DNA of 19,672 nucleotides from an uncultured Gemmataceae bacterium. GTDB taxonomy: Bacteria; Planctomycetota; Planctomycetia; Gemmatales; Gemmataceae. The stretch's first letter is position 1; each line of letters opens with the position of its first letter. The translations under genes and the position numbers were made by a program. The stretch lies in the NCBI GenBank assembly GCA_963750165.1, contig CAVVPN010000007.1:1-19672 (forward strand). The letters run 5' to 3'. The notes under the pieces are model-generated. The model saw only the letters and a program-made list of their open reading frames with translations. It was not told the DNA's origin and did no database searches. Below are positions 7,759 to 19,672 of the stretch, piece by piece.

Positions 7759-8084
7759 GGATTGCTCCAGTTTGGGATGAAGCGGGCGGCCAGACGGCGG
7801 CGCGACCCTTGGAGGATGATTGTACGGCAATAGGATGAAGGAGGTGAGAAAAAAACCGCCGCCCGCCGGTGGCTCCCTGGGGAGGGTGCAGTCGTTCGGG
7901 ACAGGGAATCGGCGGGCACCCCAGCAGGAAAAGGGGGTGTGTGAAATGAAATGAAACGAAAGCCTTCCCTGGCACTATTGATATTGTACCGCCGAGCCCG
8001 CTTCACGGGAATGGCGAACGCCCTCCCCGCCGTTGCCACGATCCATCGACCTCGCGCCCCGTTGGAGGACGCCGCGCGCCGACC

Positions 8085-11495
<3,411 letters not shown>

Positions 11496-11574
11496 GGCGG
11501 ATTTCCCTGAACTTTTTAAGGGGCGGTTTGTCTATCCCTGCGGATAACTACTGGTCCGTTGCAGCTCAAGTGTA

Positions 11575-11606
11575 TCGTGGCACGGCTCTCCAGAGCCGTG
11601 CCACGA
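11575..11606. repeat. Single REP-like palindrome related to the 4764-4836 arms
   Basis: TCGTGGCACGGCTCT-CC-AGAGCCGTGCCACGA, perfect 15-bp stem. Outer inverted repeat TTGCAGCT (11559-11566) and AGCTGCAA (11629-11636). Confidence 0.88.
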
Positions 11607-11705
11607 AGGTCGAAGGCCGCCACTGTTCAGCTGCAATGACCCCCTACCTTCCTACCACAACAGGGACTGCCGCGCTGGCGCTTCGGGCTGGTCGGGAGAT
11701 CGGTC

Positions 11706-12483
11706 ATGGAATACCAGGAATACTGCGATCTCATCGCGGAACACTACCGGCCGCGGCACCGCCACCTGTACATCCTCCGTGAGGAGATGTTCGTGCCGGA
11801 CCTGGCACAGGCCGTGCGCGCCGGCACCCCGGAGGCGCTGCGGCAGCTGTGCCGCGAGGTCCACCCCCAGGTCTACACCTTCGACATGCTGCGGCCGCGC
11901 TTCTGTGCCGAGTTGCTGGAGGAGGCTGCTTGCTTCGAGCAGTGGTGCGCCCAGACTGAACTGCCGCTCCTCCGCCCGAACACGATGAACAACTACGGCA
12001 CCGTCCTCGACAGCTTCGGCTTCGCCCCCGCGCTGCAGCAATTGATGGCGGAATACGTCCTGCCCTTCTCAGCGTTGTTTTACCCCGACGTGGGCGGCGA
12101 CTCCCTCGACAGTCATCACGGCTTCATCGTGGAGTACGCGCACCGGCAAGGACACGGCGCTCGACTTCCATGTCGATGCCAGCGATGTGACGCTCAACGT
12201 CTGCCTGGGCAAGCAGTTCACCGGCGGCACGCTGTTCTTCCGCGGCGTGCGCTGCGCCCTGCACCAGCAGACGGACTGGCACTCGCATGAGGAGTTTGAG
12301 GTCGTCCATGTCCCGGGCCGGGCCGTGCTGCACCGGGGCAAGCATCGCCATGGCGCCAACCCCATCACTGGCGGCGCGCGGCACAACCTGATCCTGTGGT
12401 GCTACAGTTCGCGCTTTGAACAGGAGCGCGACGCGACGCACTGCCCCCGCTGGTGCGGCGAACCGGGGCCAGATGGAGAATGA
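11706..12483 (+). CDS. 2OG-Fe(II) oxygenase, OGFOD2/ICU11-like, with one frameshift near 12140
   Basis: Removing one base in GCGCACC joins ...HHGFIVEYA to TGKDTALDFHVDASDVTLNVCLG... (258 aa). HxD = HVD, distal H in HRHGA, 2OG-binding R in RHNLILW. Confidence 0.88.
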
Positions 12484-12561
12484 GGCACGGAGACCTTCAT
12501 CTCGACGGCTGCTCCCCCGATCGAGGAAGGCTCATCGGGTCCCCAGAGGGCAGCCGTTGGC

Positions 12562-13116
12562 CTATTCAACCCGGAACGACTTCGCGCAAGCGTCGCAGGC
12601 AGCGTCGTATCTCTCCCCTTCCTCCGCCAGAGCCGTACCGGTGAGGACGAAACCGCGCCCGCCGCTGTGGTAGAGGTAGGCCGTCTGCCGCAGGTGTTTG
12701 CCGCCCTGCTTGTTTTCCGAGGTGAACTTCACGCAGGGCAGCCCTTGCGCGGTCTGGAATTTTTCGCGGCGCAGTAACTTGAACCCCGGCAGCGCAGTCT
12801 TCAGCGCGGCCAGGTTCTGGTCGGCGTAGGTGTCCACGGTGCCCCGAAACATTTCGTCCGTGACGTTCAGGTTCGGGGCAAAGCCGTTCACCGGCGTCGT
12901 GTGAACGATCTTGTATCTCAGCCCGGGGAAGTCGCGCATGGTCCAGCCTGGCGGCGGCACGTAGGAGAACCTGCCCGTGGACTCAACGTGGCGGCCAGCC
13001 TCACGGGGGCCGTCCTGTTTCGCTAGCTTTTTCGGAGCGTCTTGCTCGCCGAATTTCCAGCAGCCCACGGCAACGCAGCAGCAGACGAGCACGGCAACAT
13101 AACGAGCGAATTTCAT
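12562..13116 (-). CDS. Lipoprotein with PsbP/Mog1p/DcrB-like fold
   Basis: GGAG RBS, MKFARY...AVG-C lipobox, FSYVPPPGW and APNLNV motifs, C-terminal ...KSFRVE. 184 aa. Confidence 0.8.
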   Translation of the reverse strand: MKFARYVAVLVCCCVAVGCWKFGEQDAPKKLAKQDGPREAGRHVESTGRFSYVPPPGWTMRDFPGLRYKIVHTTPVNGFAPNLNVTDEMFRGTVDTYADQNLAALKTALPGFKLLRREKFQTAQGLPCVKFTSENKQGGKHLRQTAYLYHSGGRGFVLTGTALAEEGERYDAACDACAKSFRVE

Positions 13117-13347
13117 GGCTGTCTCCAGGGTGTCCGGGAAATAACTCCTTCCATGCTCGTCGCCGCTGGCCGGCCCGTCAAGCAAAAAGGCAGAGCGGCA
13201 GTGGGCAAACGGTCGCACATTCCACCCCTGGGGACTTGAAAACCCGCCTGCCTCCCCGCAAGCTATTGCCAGACGGCCCGCGCCTCCCCGTGCGGCCGCG
13301 GCGTTCCTGGCCGTGCGCCGGGCGAGAGCAAGCAGGGAGTCTTTCTC

Positions 13348-15990
13348 ATGGCGTCCACGAACATCACCGAAATCCCGCAAGCCGCGCCGGCGGAAGCGGC
13401 CGAGGCGGACGGCCACAAACCGTACGTCCCCGATTATGTGACCATGCCGGAGTTCACCTGGTCGGCAGTGCTGGTCGGCGCCGTGCTCGGCATCATTTTC
13501 GGAGCGTCGTCGCTGTACCTGGTGCTCAAGGTGGGGCTGACCGTGTCGGCGTCGATCCCGGTGGCGGTCCTGTCGATCACCCTGTTCCGCGTGTTCTCGA
13601 AACTGCCCTTCATCCGCCGGGCGAACATCCTGGAAAACAACATCGTCCAGACCACCGGCTCGGCCGGCGAGTCGATCGCCTTCGGCGTCGGCGTCACCAT
13701 GCCGGCACTGATGCTGCTCGGCTTCGAGATGGACATCGGCCGCGTCATGGTCGTGTCCGTACTCGGCGGCCTCCTGGGCATTTTGATGATGATCCCGCTG
13801 CGGCGGGCCTTCATCGTCAAGCAGCACGGCACCCTGATCTACCCGGAAGGGACCGCCTGCGCGGACGTGCTCATCGTCGGCGAGCAGGGCGGGGCCACGG
13901 CCAAGACGGTCTTCATCGGCTTCGGCGTCGCCTTCGTGTACCAGTTTCTGTGGCAGGGCCTGAAGCTGTGGAAGGACACGGCCAGCAAGTCGCTGAGCTG
14001 GTTCCGCGGAGCGGTGCCGGCCATTGAGGTGAACCCGGCCCTGCTCGGCGTCGGCTACATCATCGGCACGCGCATCGCCTGTGTCATGGTGGCCGGCGGC
14101 GTGCTGTCGGCGTTCGTGCTGACGCCGGCCATCCGCCTGTTCGGCGACGGTCTGGCGCAACCGCTCTACCCCGCCAAGACGCTCATCAAGGACATGGACG
14201 AGGAGCAGATCTGGAAGGAGTACATCCTCTACATCGGCGCGGGCGCGGTGGCCGCGGGCGGCATCATCAGCCTGTTCCAGGCGCTGCCGCTGATCCTGTC
14301 CTCGCTCCGTGCCGGGCTGCGGGACCTGCCGATTTTCCAGCAAAAAACCGACGGCAACGGCGCCGGTACGGCCCGCACCGACCGCGACCTGCCGCTGTGG
14401 TTCGTGGGCGTCGGCACCCTCGGCGTGGTGGCGGCCATCTGGTTGACACGGCCGCTGCACGCGGTCTTGCCCTGGGTGCCGAACCTGGAAATGAACCCGC
14501 TCGGGGCGGTCCTCATCGTGCTGTTCGGCTTCCTGTTCGTCACGGTGTCGTCGCGCATCACCGGCGAAATCGGTTCGTCGTCGAACCCCATCTCCGGCAT
14601 GACCGTGGCCACCTTGCTGCTGACGTGTCTGATTTTCCTGCTGATCGGCTGGACGCGGCCGGAAGACCGCCTGACCGCCCTGTCCGTGGCCGCGGTGGTA
14701 TGCATCGCGGCCTCCAACGGCGGCACCACGTCGCAGGACTTGAAGACCGGCTACCTGGTCGGCGCCACGCCGAAATACCAGCAACTGGCCATCCTCATCG
14801 GCGCCCTGTCGTCGGCGCTGGTGATTGGCTGGATCCTCATCAGCCTCAACGACGCCTACACCGTGTACTCGCGCAAGGACCTGCCCGAGTTGAAAACCCC
14901 GGTGGAGGTGCGCGACCTGCCCGAAGGCCACGCCCCCGGCGACGACTCCACCTATTTCATCTGGCACGCGGCGGAGGGCAACGAGCAGGGCGTGCCGCAG
15001 GGCAAATATCTCCTCGACGCTCAGGGCCGGATTCAGTATCTGGTGGACCCCGGCATCAACGGCAAGCGGTCGCGGCGTGACGACGGCAGCGAAGTCATCC
15101 GCTTCAAGGCGCCGAAGGCGCAACTGATGTCGCTGATCACGGACGGCATTTTGCAGCAAAAATTGCCGTGGGCGCTGGTGCTGCTCGGCGTGTCCATCGC
15201 GGTGGTGCTGGAGTTGTGCGGCGTGTCGTCGCTGGCGTTCGCGGTGGGCGTGTACCTGCCGTTGTCCTCGTCGGCGCCGATCTTCGTGGGCGGCCTGGTC
15301 CGCTACGCCGCCGACCGCTGGGTGCGCAAGCCCGCGGGCGCGGCGCCCCACTCCGCGACGGAATCCGACAGCAGCCCGGGGGTGTTGATGTCCACGGGCT
15401 ACATCGCCGGCGGCGCCATCGCCGGCGTGGTGATCGGCTTTCTGTCGTTCAGCGACACCATCCCGCAGGCGCTGGCCCACTGGCAGTACAATACCTATGC
15501 CAGCCGGGGGGAACTGTCCTTTGACGAGTTGGCCCGCGAAGCCGCCCGGGACGAACTCGGTTGGACCGTGAAAGAGGAGTTGACGAAGGAGGAGAAGCAG
15601 GAGGTGGAGAAGTTGGCGGGCGAGATCAAGGAACTGAACGGCACCCTGCCGCAAAAGTACGTCACCGTGCCCGCGCGGACGGAACTAAAACTGCCCGGCA
15701 ACAAAACCTACCGGACGATGGAGGAGGCGTACCTACGGGACATCGCCGCCGAGCAACTCGGCAGCGCCGACAAGGCGCAGCTGCTCTACGAAGACAACAA
15801 GAAGCGGTTGCAGTTACCGGAGCGTCTGCCCGTGGGCGTAGCGGTGAAGCTGCCGCAAAGTAATACGCCGGCGCTGATCGCGTTCGGCGTGCTGACGTTG
15901 TTCCTGGTTCTGGTGGGCACGGGCTGGTTGCTGGCGACCCCCGCCGTGGCCGCGCCCCGCACGCCGCCGACGGCCGGCGGCAACCCCTGA
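13348..15990 (+). CDS. OPT-family oligopeptide transporter with extra soluble domains
   Basis: LKVGLTVSASIP, ENNIVQTTGSAGES, YPEGTACA, SSNPISGMT, SQDLKTGYLVGATP, AFAVGVYLPL. Many TM helices. GGGAG RBS. Confidence 0.95.
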   Translation: MASTNITEIPQAAPAEAAEADGHKPYVPDYVTMPEFTWSAVLVGAVLGIIFGASSLYLVLKVGLTVSASIPVAVLSITLFRVFSKLPFIRRANILENNIVQTTGSAGESIAFGVGVTMPALMLLGFEMDIGRVMVVSVLGGLLGILMMIPLRRAFIVKQHGTLIYPEGTACADVLIVGEQGGATAKTVFIGFGVAFVYQFLWQGLKLWKDTASKSLSWFRGAVPAIEVNPALLGVGYIIGTRIACVMVAGGVLSAFVLTPAIRLFGDGLAQPLYPAKTLIKDMDEEQIWKEYILYIGAGAVAAGGIISLFQALPLILSSLRAGLRDLPIFQQKTDGNGAGTARTDRDLPLWFVGVGTLGVVAAIWLTRPLHAVLPWVPNLEMNPLGAVLIVLFGFLFVTVSSRITGEIGSSSNPISGMTVATLLLTCLIFLLIGWTRPEDRLTALSVAAVVCIAASNGGTTSQDLKTGYLVGATPKYQQLAILIGALSSALVIGWILISLNDAYTVYSRKDLPELKTPVEVRDLPEGHAPGDDSTYFIWHAAEGNEQGVPQGKYLLDAQGRIQYLVDPGINGKRSRRDDGSEVIRFKAPKAQLMSLITDGILQQKLPWALVLLGVSIAVVLELCGVSSLAFAVGVYLPLSSSAPIFVGGLVRYAADRWVRKPAGAAPHSATESDSSPGVLMSTGYIAGGAIAGVVIGFLSFSDTIPQALAHWQYNTYASRGELSFDELAREAARDELGWTVKEELTKEEKQEVEKLAGEIKELNGTLPQKYVTVPARTELKLPGNKTYRTMEEAYLRDIAAEQLGSADKAQLLYEDNKKRLQLPERLPVGVAVKLPQSNTPALIAFGVLTLFLVLVGTGWLLATPAVAAPRTPPTAGGNP

Positions 15991-16047
15991 ACCACCAGGG
16001 CGCTGGAAACAATCACCACGATCCCCAACATCCAGGGAGGCTCATCC

Positions 16048-18143
16048 ATGCACCCCCGTTTCCGCGCGGCCCTGTTGCTGGCCGCCTCTGGTATCCTCAT
16101 GCTCACGACAAACGACCGTGCCGCTGCCGACGAGGGCATGTGGCTGTTCAACAACCCGCCGCGCAAGCTCCTCAAGGACAGGTACGGCTTCGAGAAGCCC
16201 GCCGACTGGTACGAGCACGTGCAGAAGTCGTCCGTGCGCTTCAACAGCGGCGGCTCCGGCTCGTTCATTTCCGCCGACGGCCTGGTCATGACCAACCACC
16301 ACGTCGGCCTGGAGACGCTGCAAAAGGTCAGCAGCAAGGACAAGGACTACGTGAAGGACGGCTTCTACGCCAAGACCCGCGCCGACGAGATCAAGGCGGT
16401 GGACCTGGAGCTGAACATCCTGATGGGCATCGTGGACGTGACCAAACAGGTGCAGGACGCGATCGACCCGAAGATGTCGCCCGAGCAGGCTTTCAAGGCC
16501 AGGCGGGCGGTCATCGCCAAGATCGAGCAGGAGTCCCTGAAAAAGACCGGGCTGCGCAGCGATGTCGTCACGCTCTACCAGGGCAACAAGTTCAACCTGT
16601 ACCGCTACAAGCGCTACACGGACGTGCGGCTGGTGTTCGCCCCGGAGCAGCAGATCGCCTTCTATGGCGGCGACGCCGACAACTTCGCCTACCCGCGCTA
16701 CGACCTGGATGTCTGCTTCTTCCGCGTCTACGAGAACGACAAGCCGGCGAAGATCGAGCATTATCTGAAGTGGAGCCCGAAGGGCGTCTCGGACGGCGAG
16801 TTGGTGTTCGTCTCCGGCAACCCGGGCAAGACGGATCGGCTGACGACGGTGGCGGAGCTGGAGTACCTGCGCGACACGGGCTTCCCGTACCTGCTGCAGC
16901 GGCTGTACCGCTGGGAGGTGCTGTACTCGGTTTACAGCGGCTACGGCGCGGAGCACAAGCGCAAGATTAAAGACAGCCTGTTCAGCGTCGCCAACAGCCG
17001 CAAGGCGCGGGACGGCGGCCTGGCCGCCCTGCTCGACCCGGAGTTCATGGCCACCAAGAAGGCGCACGAGGCGAAGCTGCGCAAGGCGGTCGCGGCCAAC
17101 CCGAAACTGCGCAACCTGGCGGGCGCTGGGAGACGATCGCCAAGGTACAGCCGCTCCGGGCGGCCAACATCAAACGCTACACGGTGCTGGAGGGCGGTGC
17201 CGGCTTCAACACGACCCTGTTCGGCTATGCCCGCACGCTGGTGCGGGCCGCCGAGGAACACACCAAGCCGAACGGCGAGCGGTTGTCCGAGTTCGCCGAC
17301 GCGAACAAGAAGTCACTGGAGCTCAGGCTGTTCTCGAGCCGGCCGCTGTACGCGGACCTGGAGACGGTCAAGCTCGCGGACAGTTTGACGTTCCTGGCGG
17401 AGACGTTGAAGGCGGAGAACAAGTTGGTCAAGCAGGTGCTGGCCGGCAAGTCGCCCGGCGAGCGGGCCGCAGAGCTGATTAACGGCACGAAGTTGTTCGA
17501 CGTGCAGGCCCGCAAGGCCCTGTACAAGGGCGGCAAGGAGGCGATCACGAAGTCGGACGACCCGCTGATCAAACTGGCCCTGCTGGTGGACCCGGCGGCG
17601 CGGGCAGTCCGGGAGCTGATGGAAACGAAGGTGGTGGAGGTGAAGGAGCAGGCGTACGACAAGGTGGCGAAGGCGAAGTTCGCGGTGGAAGGCACGGACA
17701 CGTATCCGGACGCGACGTTCACGCTGCGGCTGTCGTTCGGCACGGTGAAGGGCTACGAGGAGGGCGGCAAAAAGATCCCGTTCCAGACGACGTTCGGCGG
17801 CCTGTACGAGTACGCGGAGTCGAAGGGCTATGTGTATCCGTTCGACCTGCCGAAGCGCTGGGAGAAGCGCAAGGGCAAGCTGGACCTGAAGACGCCGTTC
17901 AACTTCGTCTGCACGGCGGACATCATCGGCGGCAATTCCGGCAGTCCGGTGATCAACGCCAACGCGGAGGTGGTGGGGCTGATCTTCGACGGCAACATTC
18001 AGTCGCTGGCGTGGGACTTCCTGTACACCGACCGGCAGGCGCGGGCGGTGGCGGTGAACTCGCAGGCGCTGACCGAGGCGGTGCGGGCCGTCTACGACGC
18101 CGGCGACCTGGCGGATGAGATTGTCGGCACCCGCCGGAAGTGA
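16048..18143 (+). CDS. S46-family dipeptidyl peptidase (DPP7/DAP BII-like), with one frameshift near 17126
   Basis: Signal peptide then ADEGMWL, GSGSFISADGLVMTNHH, DVRLVFAP, PDATFTLRLSFG, DIIGGNSGSP. Adding one base at GGCGC/TGG gives a continuous 698-aa protein. Confidence 0.93.
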
Positions 18144-18210
18144 GGGGGTGAAGGGGTGAGGGGGTGAAGGGGTGACAGAGGACCGTCTTTCACCCCCTCA
18201 CCCCCTTCAC
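18140..18210. repeat. Octamer tandem-repeat hairpin, possible terminator
   Basis: GTGARGGG x4 (18140-18171), then complementary TCACCCCC repeats (18188-18210) followed by GTTTT. Confidence 0.75.
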
Positions 18211-18274
18211 GTTTTGGCCTGGACACGCAGCGTCCGCAACGCTATGGCTGGTGGCCCAAAGAGGAGGTGCCGTC

Positions 18275-19003
18275 ATGGTGCGTAGCGCATGGCCTGTGCT
18301 GGGCGTGCTGGCCCTGGTTGGCGGCTGTGTTCCGCTGGACGTGTTCAAGACCAGCGACACGGGCGACATGCCCGTCGTGAACGTCGGCGCGTTCGGCACA
18401 CCGCCGGCCGGTCAGACAGTGAGCGTCTCGGCCTCGGCGCCGCCGGGCGGCAACGCGGAACTGGCGCTGCACCTCGACTGCATCGGCCGCAAGGTCAACG
18501 CCGCCAACCGCGACACGGGACTGGAGCCGAAGTTCGCCACCATCGGCACCGAGACACCGGAAATCTTCCACCAGGGCACCCTGGTCGTGTACGTCACCGA
18601 GGGTTTAATCAAGCAGTGCAAGACCGAGGGCGAGATTGCGGCGCTGCTGTGCCTGGAGCTGGGCAAGATGGCGTCGAGCGCGAGGCGACCGCCAACTTCA
18701 AGGCTCGCCAGACGGAGGGCCGGCCGCCCATGGAAGTGCCGATCGGCAACGCCGGCCAGTTCACCGCGATGGACGGCATTCATCAGGTGGAAATGGCGAA
18801 GTACGAACAGCAGCGTCCGCGGCGCGTGGCGGCGCCAGCCGCGGGCATGGCCCGCATCTATCTCGAAAGGGCGGGCTACGCCAAAACCGAACTGGACAAC
18901 GTGACGCCGCTGTTGCCCACCCGCCGAACGCAACTACGTCGTCGAGAAGCAATTCAAGGGCGCCGCCGGGCCGTCGTGGAGCGTTGGCGAACAGCCACGC
19001 TGA
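18275..19003 (+). CDS. Lipoprotein with degenerate M48 metalloprotease-like domain, two compensating frameshifts (~18675 and ~18920)
   Basis: GAGGAGG RBS, LVGG-C lipobox, [28 protein letters not shown] protein-like frame continues after correcting the two indels and stops at TGA 19001-19003. Confidence 0.7.
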
Positions 19004-19030
19004 AAGCGGTTGTTGCCCCCCGCCGCGTTT

Positions 19031-19672
<642 letters not shown>

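Noticed and set aside
12562..15654. 1030-aa minus-strand ORF
   Set aside because: Mostly the antisense shadow of the OPT gene. Only the last 184 codons (from ATG 13116, with RBS and lipobox) look like a real protein.
12135..17130. Programmed ribosomal frameshifting in the oxygenase or S46 genes
   Set aside because: No slippery heptamer at either junction. Sequencing error is simpler.

Overview
GC-rich bacterial chromosomal window, by inference from a Planctomycete (Gemmataceae-like; not proven). Core genes: priA (-), carB (+, no carA nearby) and a partial aroB at the right edge. Accessory genes: a PuuD/C26-like amidotransferase homolog lacking its catalytic triad, two paralogous secreted proteins with three copies of one ~280-aa domain, a plant/animal-like OGFOD2/ICU11-type 2OG-Fe(II) oxygenase, a PsbP/DcrB-like lipoprotein, an OPT-family transporter with apparent tandem LysM-like domains followed by an S46 dipeptidyl peptidase, and an M48-like lipoprotein lacking HExxH. 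The window is dense in REP/REPIN/MITE-like palindromes, some nested and some with compensatory base changes. Two palindromes sit in frame inside carB and are translated as peptide insertions, as with Rickettsia palindromic elements. Single-base frameshifts become more frequent toward the 3' end and look like long-read errors rather than true pseudogenes. Best leads: coding palindromes in carB, the OPT-LysM fusion with the S46 peptidase, and the eukaryote-like oxygenase.
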